Assembly: GCA_030770535.1 (NCBI GenBank)
Contig: JASVEC010000002.1
Span: 558,001-622,000, forward strand
Reading direction: 5' to 3'
DNA: 64,000 nucleotides
From: Batkoa obscura
Taxonomy: Eukaryota
A program made the position numbers and the translations under genes. How positions within the stretch are numbered: the first letter of the stretch is position 1; the number at the start of each line of letters is the position of its first letter. Below are positions 36,434 to 50,304 of this stretch, piece after piece. The notes under the pieces are model-generated. The model did not search any database and was not told the origin of the DNA. It saw only the letters and a program-made list of their open reading frames with translations.

Positions 36434-37933
36434 ATATAATTATTATCTAGGTAGCTAGAATATAACTTTAGAATTTTTTATTTAAATTAATTTATATAAA
36501 CATCGTTGTTTTATTTAAGATGTTTTTAATTAAGGTATAATATTTTTAAAAGTAATCTTTTTATATTTGTAATAAACTTAAATTATAACATTATATTAAT
36601 TATATTTGAGGATGTTTTTTTGGTTTCATTACTTTTTTTATTTTTTAACCATTATTAAACAGGAAAAATTAAAAAATTAATTGAGATTTTTTTATAATTG
36701 TCCTCAATTCTACAAAAATTGGTTTTATAGTTGCAATTGATTGCTTTTACTACTTTACAAAAAAGTCAGCTTGTTTTGAAAAAAAATCTTAAATTTGCAA
36801 AATCTATATAAAACCTTACTAACAGTATTTGTCTATTTTTAAGGTATTGTAAGATTTAAAAATAATTAAAATCAAACGCTGAATAAAAGCTCACAAATAA
36901 TTTTAAGATTAAAGGGAATTATTTTTAACATTCAAACTATTTTTAATTTTCGAAGAAATCAAATCTGGGAAAAAATTGAGAATCTTAAAGCAGCTTGCAG
37001 TCAAATGTCATTTAATATTTTTAGTTTGTAGTTCGTTTTTTTCAATATGAATTTGTAAATTATTAAAAGCTACAGCTCTTAAATTCATATTAAAAAAAAT
37101 GAGCTACAAATTTAAAGCAACATAAACAATTAGCTGCAAGCTACTATAAGCTTAGTTAACCCATTTAATTGAAATTTTATATTTTATTTAAACATGGATT
37201 CACCTCCTCTCTTTTTCTAGATGACTAAATAATTTTAAAAGTTTAATTTTAACAAAATTGAAGGTGTTGAAACTTCAAGTGTTTTATAATGTTAAAGACA
37301 TAAACGGTGAGAAATACAAGCTTTATACTTTAGTATTATTTTATCGTTTTTTAATCATTTATTGTTTCATTCAGAATATAGTTTTTATAAAAGTACGTAC
37401 TTGATTTTTTGATAACATAGAAATCGAAAAACAAGTGGTATAAAATTAAAAAATTAATTAATATCAAAAAAATCAGAAACAATGTAACTTACTTACTTTT
37501 ACCAACCACTTGATCTTTATACTATTATATTATTTACAACATTATTCTATTTAAACAATTTAACAAAAGTAGTGATATAATATACCGATAGTAAAAAGAA
37601 GAGAATAAGCCAAAAAAATTAATAGATATAGCATGAATTAATGAAAGGGCGCGCACTAAATTTAGTAATCAATAAAAATCTAATTTAAATTTAAATTCAT
37701 TGAGCCAATAAACTGGGTTGTAAATAATTATAAATCTATATTGTAAGCAATACCTAGCCTCATGAATTAATATTTATGTATTAGCGAAGGTAAATCCACC
37801 ACAATTGCAAACTTAATACCGATATAAAGCCTCACTTTGTATATTTATAAATTAATTTTTTTCGTAAATCATTTAGTTTTTTATCTTTTCTTTTCTATAT
37901 TGTTTTTAATTAACCACAACAAATAATTCATAA

Positions 37934-38899
37934 ATGGAAGATTATTCAAATATAACACGTACAACAAGCATAATCAATTGGTGTGTATTGGTTATGTCAA
38001 TATTTTCAATGACATTAAATGGGATTATATTTCATTTAGTATTACGTAAAAAACAATGGTCATTAGATTTAAAGTTAATCTTTATGATTTCTTTAATTGA
38101 TATAACTACCAATTTATTTAACTTATTTTTCGCCATAATGGAATTAAATTTTACTTATAAGCTTTATTTAAATTATCCTTCTTATTGTCAACTAATGGGT
38201 TTTGTTGTAATTACGCTGTTGATTAGTTCTTCCTCTTTTGTTATTGCTTTATCTTTTGAAAGATATTTGATATTGTGTCATCCCAACAAACTTAATGAAA
38301 AGGTAGTATGGAGTATACCGATAATCATTATCAGTCTAGTAGTGATATTTGGAGTCATATCAGCGAGTACAGGACAATATATAATATCAAGTGGGAAAAC
38401 ATATTGTATGCCTAACTTTAAGGGGAGTATAATTAGTATCATTTATTATTATATCCTAGCTTTTATTTCTATTATTGGCCTTCAGTTTTTAAATTATTTC
38501 TTTTTTAATGTTCTATTGAAAAGAAATCAATCACTAGAGCCAATGATTCGAAATAATCAAAGAAGATTAAGATTAATGAAACGGAGTCAAAATCCAAATC
38601 ATCTTGAACTAGCGTTACCAGAAATCCCTATTAGTAATCCAGAAGAAATATCAAGGAAAATTGCAATTAGAGCTATTCTCTTTCTAATCGCATATAACAT
38701 TTCTTTTTTGCCTAATCTAATTGCACTTCTGTGGGATATTATAACACAAGAGCAACGTCCATCTAGTCTTGATAACTTAACTGCAGTTACTTTACATTCC
38801 ATTGAATTATTTAATCCAATATTGGTTTTATTCCTACATTCTAAAATTAATAAGGATTTTTTTAGTTTAATGTCTAAAATCAAATCAAAGTTATTTTAA
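37934..38899 (+). CDS. Rhodopsin-like (class A-type) GPCR, intronless
   Basis: 7 hydrophobic helices; TM1 Asn (LNG), TM2 Asp, TM3 Cys and SFERY, ECL2 Cys (YCMP), TM6 Pro (FLP), TM7 NPIL. Confidence 0.85.
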   Translation: MEDYSNITRTTSIINWCVLVMSIFSMTLNGIIFHLVLRKKQWSLDLKLIFMISLIDITTNLFNLFFAIMELNFTYKLYLNYPSYCQLMGFVVITLLISSSSFVIALSFERYLILCHPNKLNEKVVWSIPIIIISLVVIFGVISASTGQYIISSGKTYCMPNFKGSIISIIYYYILAFISIIGLQFLNYFFFNVLLKRNQSLEPMIRNNQRRLRLMKRSQNPNHLELALPEIPISNPEEISRKIAIRAILFLIAYNISFLPNLIALLWDIITQEQRPSSLDNLTAVTLHSIELFNPILVLFLHSKINKDFFSLMSKIKSKLF

Positions 38900-40167
38900 T
38901 TTAATTAATTCCCCTCTTCCTTAATTATTAACTGTTGATTGACAAATTCATTAAACTATGTTTGATCTCTTTTTTCTCCTTTCTGTGAAATAGTTTGACA
39001 CCATACTACTTTGTTTTTAATTTTGTTAATAAATGTAACATCACAAATAAAAGTTTTTAATTATGATCTTGTTTTTTTTGAAAAGGTATAAACCTGTTTA
39101 CCTTAATACATTGCGCAATTAGTTAAATTAATTTATTAAATCAAGTATCACTGTTATTGTTTTCATACAATCCTTAAGCTTTCACCTTGACGAAAACTCA
39201 TTAAAAAATTGGTCCCTCTAAGGTCCTTTCTTTGTGTAAGAAGTGTTTTTTCTTTTACTTATTTTAAATAAGTCATTACAATAACATCACTTATTAGCTT
39301 TTGAATAGTATTTTTTAATCGATTTTTAGTTATTTATCATTATTTCCTCCCTACCCACTAATTCTTATCAACTATAACCAATTTGTTCATTTTTAAATAA
39401 AACCTTATAAACTAGAAATAGACTTAAACTACCCTCATATATAGACTAAAACCACTACAAACCTCAAGATACCCAATATTGTAATCATTAGATTTTATTC
39501 ATTCAAAATACATCATGATTTTACTATTCTATCTTAGTAAAATCCTCTTATTCTCCATATTTTATTTGTTTCTATATCCTCATTTTATTTATCTTATAGT
39601 TTATGCATCTGGGTTAAGTAAACATAACCACTGATATTAAATATTATAATTATTCTAACTTTTCCATTTTTATATCAATAAGAACAAAATGAAACTCAAA
39701 TCTATGATTTTAATACTATCTCAATTTGATTATCTATTTATGATATCAGTTTGTTTGTATACTTGAATAGTTGGTTTAAATTCAGAAATTCGTCAGGAGT
39801 AGCTTTTTGAAAAAGTAGAAAGCATTCTCAAAGATTCTTTATCTTTCATAAAGCTAAGAAATCAAGGTGATAGCCACATTGACTGTGCTTTTTAGAAAGA
39901 TATCCATTGACTTTTAATGACTGTAGGTTTAAGTAAGACTTATAATTTAAACTAAACTATAAACGATGAGCTATTTATGAGATGCAAGGGTTGGTAAAGA
40001 AAATTAGGCTTTGATAATTTTCAGAAAAACAATGGTAGAAGCCATGAGTGTTTAACTGGGCTAGTCTTAAACAAAAGATTAAAGGGATAGTAATGATAGA
40101 ATCATTCATATCAAACAGGTTTTAATGTCTCCAGTTATTAGGGATAGCAGTAAAAAATATAATTCAA

Positions 40168-40240
40168 TGCTCCCTGTGGGGATCGAACCCACGACCTTGA
40201 GATTATGAGACTCACGCGCTGCCAGCTGCGCCAAAGAAGC
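40168..40240 (-). tRNA. tRNA-Met (CAT), elongator type
   Basis: Reverse complement GCTTCTTTGGCGCAGCTGGCAGCGCGTGAGTCTCATAATCTCAAGGTCGTGGGTTCGATCCCCACAGGGAGCA; G1 and TTCG T-loop. Confidence 0.95.
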
Positions 40241-41460
40241 TTATCTTGTTCATATAAAATTTAAATATATTTGCACCAAAACTCGGATAAATTAACCGAT
40301 TTATTTTGAATCCAACTATTAATGAATTAAAATTTCCTTAAAATGTAAATATATTTTTTATATTGAATTAGATTATATGAAGAAAGAGTTTAATTTAATG
40401 AAATTTTACAAGAATGTAAAATTGTTAATTTAAATCAAAAGGAGTGGATAATAATGTTGATTGTTTAATTTATAAGCATTGGATTGTTATGTAAATTTCT
40501 TAAAACAAACTTATGATATTCAAATAATAAATTTGTCTGTTATTATAGTATTAAAGATATATAGTTAGCTTAATCTTTAGTATCTCATTGGTCATTTATT
40601 GCTATCAATACTAATAGTAATAAATTATTAATACTAATTAAATAATAGATTTAGGTCAAGTAAAAAAGATCAAAAAATCGAAGTAGCCAAGTCTACAGGC
40701 AAATTTTCTAGTAAAATCCACAATTGTTTTATTTCCTTATTTTATTTTAGCCTTTCTGCATCAACAATTATTTGTTTTGAAGCACTTCGAAACTTTAGCT
40801 ATGAAATAATAATTCAATCTTAAATTGCTTTTTAGCTAACAATAATTATCATAGATAAACTCAAGTTATTTACCAAAATTAATTATATTATAAAATTAGT
40901 CCGAAACAAAGCTTACATAGATTGAAAATCAATACTAAACTAAGAACTTCTAAGTCTAAACCATAGATATCGAATCATAAAAAATTATAAAACAGGTATA
41001 TAAATACTCCCTCTTAATCAATCTACTGGAGATTAACAATTCACAAGCTTTAAATCTCAAATAATTACTTTGATAGTATTATTTTTTTGCTATTTTACTA
41101 CCGATTTAACAATACAACAATGAAATTGTATTTCTTGCTATTTACTTTATTTCTATGTACAATATTAAGTATGCCATTAAAACTACCTTATATACCTATG
41201 TTACCATTGCCCCATCCTGCTTTCCTTAGTGCCCTCAAACCACAACAAACCTAAATTATAATAGTAATTAACGTAGGTTTTATTGTTTTATCATTTTTGA
41301 CTATTTACCTATACGAAAGATTTAGTTTATCCAAGACAATGAAAGGCTTAAAAGATAATTATCTTTTAATCATTTTTTATTTATTTCCTATATTAATTTT
41401 TCTTCTGTAATAAAAAAAAGTTTAAATTTTATCTTCAGCTTTATTTTTATTTATTTAAAA

Positions 41461-42231
41461 TTAAAAAATACTCAATAATATACAAACTGCTACTACTCCA
41501 AAATTCATTGAACTCCTTTCAGATGATGAATTAACCACTGTAGTAGATAGGCCTCCCCCACTACGACTTAAAATATACGCTCCGTAAGTCGTATAACCAA
41601 CTGTTTCTCCATTAGTTGCTGAATTTCTAGATTGGTTGCTACTTGGTGACGATGAGGAAGCTGGTACATTACTTGTAACAATAACGCCTCCATTCCCTCC
41701 ATTACTATTAGTGGTAGTAGTAGCTGAAGTATTATCGCTATTATTATTACCGTTGTTATCAACAGTGGAAGTAATCGTAGTAACACCATTGTTACTATTA
41801 TCATTATTATTGTTGACATTATTCGATCCTGATGTAGACGTTGCAGTAGGATTATTAGATTCATTATTACTATTAGAAGCCGGAATTATAGAAGTAACTG
41901 TAGTAGTGGGGACGCCAACAGTAGGAGTATTACTATTTCCATCTACAACTACAACACTGGTTATAGTATTGGTTACCACATCATTAGAACTAGAATTAGA
42001 ATTAGAAGTGCCATTAGATGAATTATTTGAATTTCCTCCACTTTGACTATCGGTAGATACATCTGGGTTAGAAATTGAAAAATCTTTAATACATTGACCT
42101 ATACAGGTGAAATAAAATTTGGATGGACATTTTTGAATACATTCAGTTAATTTAGTAACAAATTGTTGAGCATTGAGTTGAATACAAAATAAGAGTAACA
42201 ATAGTATACTCAATTTTGGTAGAAGTTGCAT
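41461..42231 (-). CDS. Secreted Ser/Thr/Asn-rich surface protein, probable GPI anchor
   Basis: Signal peptide, 4-Cys N-terminal motif, low-complexity stalk, hydrophobic C-terminus after NSSS. Confidence 0.75.
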   Translation of the reverse strand: MQLLPKLSILLLLLFCIQLNAQQFVTKLTECIQKCPSKFYFTCIGQCIKDFSISNPDVSTDSQSGGNSNNSSNGTSNSNSSSNDVVTNTITSVVVVDGNSNTPTVGVPTTTVTSIIPASNSNNESNNPTATSTSGSNNVNNNNDNSNNGVTTITSTVDNNGNNNSDNTSATTTTNSNGGNGGVIVTSNVPASSSSPSSNQSRNSATNGETVGYTTYGAYILSRSGGGLSTTVVNSSSERSSMNFGVVAVCILLSIF

Positions 42232-42707
42232 GTTTTATTTAAAAAAATATTATCAAGTTGTATTATGAAGTCTTTATTTAAATCTTTTTTTAAATACTAT
42301 CCTCGATTATTTGTTTATTATAAAAAGCCTCAGTGTCATTTTGAAATGCCATTATGACTTAATGTTCATTATTTAATAGACTTTAAAGCCATTTTTAGAA
42401 TCTTAAAGTGGAATTGTCTTATTTATGAATATAAAAATGATGTTAGAATTAATAATAAGTTTATAAATATCAAGAATTAATCCAAAAGACCAACTTCGTT
42501 TGTGTTGTTTAATATAAATCTAGAGACTTTTTATATTTATTTTGTTTAATAATTTTCTTTTTACATAATACTCTTATCTAAAGCGACTTTGTTAGGAAAA
42601 GAATAATTCATAATTTGGAATTCTTTAATAGGAATCTTTGCACTTTTAAGAGAACTGATACAAAATAGCTTTAGTAAACTTTCTCACTTCCAATTTTATT
42701 ATAGTTT

Positions 42708-43245
42708 TTTAAACTAATCTATTTTAAATTATTATTTTAATGTTGAATTGAATAGGGTAGATTCAGATATAGAAAAAAGAAAAAACAATACCAACTTTAA
42801 TAACGATTATGAAAGTAATTTGACATTTTCTAAATTAATAAAAGTCATTATACTTATAGTAATTATATATCAGCAATTTTATTTTAATTAGAATTTAAAT
42901 CATTTAGTCAACTTTAATAAAAATATTAAAAACTCATTTTATCTTTTTGTCGATACTGCTAATTTTAACTTCGTCAATAGAACACTTTTTATTCAATAAA
43001 TACCAGTAGTGTATATACCATATTATAAAAACTAGATCAATTTGATATAATTTAGAATACCAATGTTAATATAAATTTGTTGATATATAATTACTATAAG
43101 TATAGTGACTTTTATTAATTTAGAAAATGTCAAATTACTTTCATAATCGTTATTAAAGTTGGTATTGTTTTTTCTTTTTTCTATATCTGAATCTACCCTA
43201 TTCAATTCAACATTAGAATGACAATTTAAAATAGGTTAGTTTAAA
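42708..43245. repeat. Inverted repeat, ~175-bp arms with ~180-bp spacer
   Basis: ~42708-42885 is the reverse complement of ~43066-43245, core identical. Confidence 0.9.
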
Positions 43246-44300
43246 TGAAATGAATAAATAAGTATATATACTTTTATCTTTTGAATTGCTACTATTTTTC
43301 TTTTTGATTCTATAATAGACAACTAAACTCGATTATGAACAGTAGAGTTACAACAAGAAGCTACAAAATTTAATGCGCCTAAAATGGATAGATAGTAGTT
43401 CAGTTATCTAAAAAAAGCACTTGATTTGGTATTAAAATCATGATGTAATTACAATATAATTCCAGTGAAGTTGGTGATTTCTATAGCTATCGTATATAAT
43501 AGTCTAAACTATTAATTGTTTAAAATAGAAATAAACAAATATATCCTATAACCTAATGCTTCTATAGCTTTTATAGCTTTAGTTGAATTTTCTTGGTCCA
43601 CGCTTAGTTTACAACAATCAACTAAAATAGCTTTTCGGTCCAGCTTCAAAAATAGGATGACAATAGCAACTATAAGATATACAAGTGTAATTACATGTCG
43701 TACTTAGTTTGCAAATATATTGAATATTGTAGCCTGAAAATTACCTGTAACAGCTTTGGAGATATAATATCCGTAGCAACTACTGTAATCTAATATACCT
43801 AGAGTTGATTTTGTAATCTGATAATATTAATATGAAAACATTCTAATTACCAAGTGGTGGAATTGTAATAAGAATGATGGCTAAGATAGGAGTTATCAAA
43901 TATACAGCTTTAATTTCCTTAGTAATTGAGATATTATGAATGAAGACGAGCTGTAGGTTTACAGCAATTGGTATATTTATAAAAAGATAGGACAACTTGA
44001 ATGCTAAAAATGACCATATAATAGATGTGAATATTGAACTCATACTCTTTACAAATGGACCACGCTGCAATAGTGCAGTATATAATCAAAGATCGTAAAC
44101 TGCTATTGCAGTTTGTAATCTTAATAAAACTTGATTTACTACTTTATAATAATAAATAGCTAGTGATAAATTCAACATAACTACTCTGGACAAGGTATTG
44201 GATAGACTCATATTATGGTCATAAATGAAATTATAAGCAATTCCAAGGGACCAGAAATATAAAATAGCCTTGGAACGTTTTTTTTAAAAATTCTTCAAAT
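43097..44300 (-). pseudogene. 7TM receptor paralog 4, pseudogene
   Basis: LRLQTAIAVYDL*, AVNLQLVFIHN, ITIPPLG, LNFVASC fragments with stops and frameshifts; last exon ends FSKLIK. Confidence 0.75.
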
Positions 44301-45761
44301 GAAGTAGTTGCTGTTTTTCTCTTTAGTTTTTTTCTGTTTTTCTTCTTCTATACCTTATGTTTTTGTTAATTTTTATTCATGTTCTATTATATAATTAGGA
44401 TATAATTAAATCGTTTTAATTTATTTAAAAGCTATAGTCCCCTATCTTCGAATTTTAAAATTTCTGCAATTAAATTATAGTTTGCTATTATTTATATGAC
44501 TAATTTTAATGTCAATATATGTTTGAAGTAAAGTAAGTTGTATATATTTGTTTTAAAATTTTAAATTCTAGATATGACGGTATTATATATAATTCAAAAA
44601 AGCTTCAAAATTTTTATACTCAGTGGTGTAACAACTGATAAGTTAATATAAAATAATACAAAATAACCTTGATATTTAGTTAATGTTAGTAGAAAATTTC
44701 AAAATCTCCCCAATATATAATGATGAATGTAAATTTGGTTATGTTTATTAGTGTATTTGAATAAAAAAATTAATGATGTGTTTTATTTATTTTATTACTC
44801 TAAATATAGAATGATTTTACAATATTAAATCAAATAACAAATTCAAAATATTAAGTATAAATTAAGATATCCAAATATTTAAATAAGTTTAAAACCTGGT
44901 TAAAATAAGAAATAAAATTCACTAATTTCATATCTTTGTTCATTTGCTATCTGAGATAAATTTTTAAAAAGTATTAAAATTGGACAAAAAAAACGTTTCA
45001 TGAGTTAACTATTTTAAAATTGAACAAAAAAAGTTTACTTTTCTATAAATTTAGTTCTAAATTTATAATATTTGTTAAATCAAAATTAAACAAAGCTTAA
45101 GCCAAGTTTTTGAATCAATTCATACATATTATTTTTAACATTGTAAAGTTAGTCATTTTTAATATTTGAATATCAAAATATTAATTTAAAAAGGCTATCA
45201 CTTATACTTGTGATCAATAATAAACAAAACCCCACATCAATTAAAGTGTAAAACTCAAATGGGATAAATTTTCAATGAATATGCTAAAGTAAGGAATTAC
45301 ATTTTTTACATATTGAAAGTTCCATATATTACAATTATAAAAAAAATACTCAATAGATCAAAAAATAGGCTCCTTTGGAGCCAATTGATTCAATTGAAGT
45401 ATTTAAAATAGAAAAAAAGTTAATAATGAAATAATATTAATGAAAAAACGTCCGTAAAAAAATAGGAAATTAAAAGGGTGAATAATTGAGATCGGAGGAA
45501 TGGGTCATGAGCCAATCATTAACCCAACTCAAGAATTGGAGGTTTTATTTATTGGTTATTAAAAACGTTAATTTTTGAGAACTTATTTAATTAAATGGTG
45601 TTTTTAAATTTAACTGAAAAATAACTAATTTATTAAGTTCCAATTATTGTTTTTTTTAATATTTTATCTCTTTTTTACTTCCATTTTCATTTTTGTTGGA
45701 ATTACAACAATCATTATTAGCAATTAACTTACTTTAATTAACACATATTATTAATTCCATT

Positions 45762-47591
45762 ATGATAGCCTCGAGTAATAATAATTTATTACAACAAACG
45801 GAGAGTATTAAGCATGATATAGAAAAAGAAGTATTACAAAATAATAACAATGGGTTTTCAAAGGAAGAGTTATTGACAATTGAGTTAGATAAAGCTATTA
45901 AAAATAACACCGATATTAATTTACAATTTGATTTTTTAAAAAAGGTAAATTTTGTTTTACTTTAGTTTTTATTTGAATATTTTATTTTTATTTTATTTTT
46001 ATTAGAAATATTCGGGTTTACAAGAAGAATTAAATAATGCTTTAGAGGCTCAAAGTAAACTAGAGAAACAGTTTTATAAATTGGAAGCCGAGTTGGATTT
46101 AAGTAAAGAAGCGGAGTTAGAAAATAATAAAAAAATCCGAGAAATGGAAGTTAAGTTAACAAATGAAGTAAGTGGTTAATTTTTATATCATTTACAATTA
46201 TTTATTATTTATAAAAAAAGACCAAATCCTTTGAACAAGATAAAACCAAATTTTCACAACGAGAAGAACACTTAAAAGAACAATTAAAAAATCTCCATAA
46301 TCAATATAAAGAAAAATTAGCCAATAATTCCACCTCACCACGACCCACACGTACACGTTCAGTCTCAGTCAATTTTATACCCAGTAATTTTGGTCATTTT
46401 AATGAGCCAGAAGAAGAAGAAATCAATAATAAAGATCCCTCTGATCGTACCGAAGCTTCCTTAGTACATGAAAATAAAGTAGCTAATCGAACAATACGCC
46501 AACAGTTAAAAGAAATAGGGGAGTTAAAAGGAACAGTTAAACAATTAAATCAACAAGCTGTTGAGCAAAAAGAATTATATATTAAACAAATTAGTACTTT
46601 AAAAGAGGAAGTACAACAGTTGGTTTTATCTAATAACAAACTATTAGAAGATAATGAATCGTATCAATTTTTGTTACAAGAAAAAACATTAAAGGGCCAG
46701 TTTTCTTTAAATCAATTTGATTCCACTCCAAATTTACAACCTCAAGAATTATTTAATAATACATCCAATTCCAATAATAGTTTAGGTGCTAATTTAGGTA
46801 CTGCCTTAAGTAATATTGATTCAGATGAAGAAGAAGATAGTGATATTAAATTTATTAATTCAAGTAATCAACAAAAAGATGAATTGAAATTCCTCAAGGA
46901 CGAAAACAAAGCATTAACTTTGTATATTACCAAAATATTAGCCAAAATTATGAGTAATCCAGTATTAGCGGATGCTATTACTAATAATGCGGATACTATA
47001 TCAACTAAAGAAAGTAAAGAAATTTTACCTGGGAATAGTATCAAATCCAAAGAGGTTAAAGAAAACAAAGAATCTAAAGATACAAAATCTAAAGAAGCTA
47101 CTACTAATAAAAATAACATTAGTCGATTTTCTTTCTTTTCCCCTACCTTTACAGCACAAACACCACCCACCAATTTATCTGTCACAGCTAATTCTGCTAA
47201 CCCAGGAAGAGTTTCTTTTGATTTACCTAAACCCAATAGAGAAGAACATTTAAAACCCAGTCGAAATTCAACTGATAGTATTGACCTTACTCGAGAACCA
47301 TTAACAATGATACGAGAAGAAAGTAAACAAAGTGTTAAAGGAAAAGAAAATGGTGTACGTACTAGAAGGGCAAAATCTATGTCAGTTAGTAGTATTAATT
47401 CAAATTTGGATGGGGAAAAAGGAGAAAATTTGACAAGTCCTAGTATCTTTAGTTTTAGAACTGCATTTAAGAGGATTGCCGTTCCTTGGAAACAAAGTAA
47501 TAGTAAATTGAGTGGCTCAGATGGTGAAGGACATAATGTTGAGGTTAATAAGGAAAGTACCAATAATAAGGAAAAGGATACTCCTGAGTAA
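45762..47591 (+). CDS. Long coiled-coil protein with Rab11-FIP/RBD-like motif (3 exons)
   Basis: Heptad-rich exons; LLEDNESYQFLLQEKT and ENKALTLYITKILAKIM motifs; disordered tail. Confidence 0.6.
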
Positions 47592-47878
47592 AGAATTAAG
47601 TGAAAGTTTTATTTCTTATACGATCCCAGTTTTTTTTTTGTTATTTTACATCTTAAAGTTTAATTACGATCTATCTCTTCTTTTTTTATTCTATTTTCAT
47701 ATTTCATTATTAAAATTTTATAAATTGAATATCAGCCTTTTTTTTGAAATATTTATTCTTGAATTTTTTAATATGATTTAATCTTGATATCGTATTTGAA
47801 ATAAAAAATTAATAAATATAAATATTAGCTTATTTTATTTCAATTTCAATTTGAATCAAAAAATCAAAAACAAACAAA

Positions 47879-48409
47879 ATGGCCAAAACAGTAATTTTAA
47901 TTATGGGTGTTAGTGGTAGTGGAAAAAGTAGTATTGCATCCAAATTAAGTCAACATTATAACATATCTTATATTGAAGCGGATGATTACCATAGTGATAG
48001 TAATAAACAAAAAATGAAGTTAGGTCATCCATTAACTGATCTTGATCGTCAACCCTGGTTGTTATCTTTAAGTGAAGTATTGAAAACCCATCCAGATGAT
48101 ACGGTAATCTTAGCTTGTTCTGCTTTAAAAAACGAATACAGAAATAAGTTAAAGAAAGGAGTTGAAAGATTTATTATTGTTTATTTGGATTTAAAATATG
48201 AAACTATTTATCAAAGATTAATGCTAAGAAAAAATCATTTTATGGGCACTAAGCTATTAAGATCTCAGTTTGATACATTAGAAGTACCCGATAAAAACAA
48301 GGAGGAGGATGTTCATATAATAAACATTAAAGCGGAAGATGATATTGAAGATATTGTTGGATTTATAGTACCAGTTTTGGATAAGTTGAATTTGAATTTA
48401 AAGAAATGA
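47879..48409 (+). CDS. Gluconokinase (GntK/IdnK family)
   Basis: MGVSGSGKS, EADDYH, PLTDLDRQPWL, LACSALK, HFM..LLRSQFDTLEVP. Confidence 0.95.
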   Translation: MAKTVILIMGVSGSGKSSIASKLSQHYNISYIEADDYHSDSNKQKMKLGHPLTDLDRQPWLLSLSEVLKTHPDDTVILACSALKNEYRNKLKKGVERFIIVYLDLKYETIYQRLMLRKNHFMGTKLLRSQFDTLEVPDKNKEEDVHIINIKAEDDIEDIVGFIVPVLDKLNLNLKK

Positions 48410-48545
48410 TGGAATGATTCGAATTGACCAATGAGAACTAGGGCAAAGAGTTAGTCAATTGGAATAAATAGTGTTTTTTTTTGATGATTATTAGTTTTAT
48501 CTATTTATTAATTTTTAATATTTTTTAAATTTAATATATTAAAAG

Positions 48546-50304
48546 ATGAATAACAAAATACCTGAAAAAATTATTAAAAAACTTAAACAACAAAATGATA
48601 TTTCGGAAACATCAACTACATTAAATAATTCAAGAGAAATAAAAACACGAAACGAAATTAAAAAAGAGAATATTAAAAAAAAAGTACAATTGATTTATAA
48701 TAGCGCATTATTTATGTTAGATAAAGGCAATAATACAAGCTATATTAAAGGAGATGATTCAAAAGATCCAGTTAAATTATTTTATCCTTTCTTATTATTG
48801 AAGGATACTCAGCCTGAATTGGGTTTTTTTATTAATAAAATGGATGAAAATGGATATACTAACTTAATTATGGAACGATATTGTAATTTTTTGATTTAAT
48901 TTATAAGCATCAATAAATCAAATTCTTATTTTTAGATAACATATTAAAAAAGAAAGAAACAAAAAAAGAATTCAGCGACAAAAACTCAGAAGGTTATAAA
49001 CTAATGAAAAATTTATGTAATTGTATATCAACAGATATAATTAAACTGGCTATTAATTCATGCTTGTTTGGTATATTTAACCCATCAATTTGTTTGGTTC
49101 AAACCTGGTAATTTAATATTTTATTTTATTTATATTAATATAATTATTATTAATAGCGGTCCTGAAGTTGATAATGAAAAAGTAAATTATTATTATTAAT
49201 TAATTTAATTTATTTACTAATATCATTAATTAGAAATAGTAACTTAAATTTTGTTTATAAAAGCAATATACTAAATCATAGTTATTATTTATCTTGTTTA
49301 TCATTTATAGTATTGTAAGTTTTATTACATATTTTAATTAAAATAATAATTAAAATATTAGGCTGATGCCCTTAACCATCATTTTGTACAGTCACCTAAA
49401 TCAAGAGTAGCTATATTTAATTGGTAATTTAAATTAATACAATACTATTTTTAATTAAAGTAATTCATATAATTAGGGATTTATGTCATAGTAATAAATA
49501 TAAAACTAATTAAATTATTATGACAATATACTAAATTTTAAATTAGGTAAGGAAATTGAAAATGATTTTAATGATAAAGATGTATTAGTAATCAGTATTA
49601 ATACAATAACAAATAATCAAAATAGAAATAATGGAAATGAAGAGCTAAGTAAGAATAACATAAGAAAGTAAGTTTACATATTCCATATTAATATCAAAGT
49701 CGAGTTTAGCAATTATTTTCATTTTAAGGAATATTAGTCTAGATTTAAAATTCAATGATACAATTAATCAAGATATTTTATTTTTATTTCATCAACTTTT
49801 ATTACCAATATTATTGGAGTTTAATCCAGATTTTGTTTTAAGTAATTGAATCATATTATTTATTTATTATATTTATGTTGATAATAATAATATTATAGTA
49901 CCAACACATTTTAATAGAAATGAAAGTAAGTTTATTTATATAATTTTACGTTTATAATTAACTTTAATGATTAAATATTAAATAGAACATAAACAATTGA
50001 ATACAAGTACTTATATTCATTTATTATATTACTTGTCAATGGTACAAAAGGAGAAATTAATCTTAGCAGTAGAAGTAAGCAGTATAACACCATTAGCATT
50101 TAATTAATCTCTAATATTATTAATTAGGTAGATAATTCCATTGAAAATATTAAAAATATAATGGAAGAATGTGTTAAATTATTTATGGGTAAAAATATCA
50201 ATAACAACGATATACCAACGAATTATAAACCTTCAGAAGAAATTATTTCAATAGTCAAAGCATTTAATAATAGATTTAAAAAATATTGGATGTTTTTAAA
50301 TTAA
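48546..50304 (+). CDS. Catalytically dead class II HDAC-fold paralog (multi-exon)
   Basis: Exons colinear with the adjacent HDAC: RVAIFNWDLCH, DKDVLVISIN, LLPILLEFNPDFVL, KLILAVE, KKYW; many shared intron positions. Confidence 0.7.

Noticed and set aside
39700..40140. Possible TE remnant next to tRNA-Met
   Set aside because: No termini or protein motif supportable
41568..42046. Overlapping hydrophobic ORFs (98 and 136 aa)
   Set aside because: Alternative-frame and antisense products of the low-complexity Ser/Thr/Asn gene
46868..47563. 231-aa - strand ORF
   Set aside because: Antisense shadow of the coiled-coil gene
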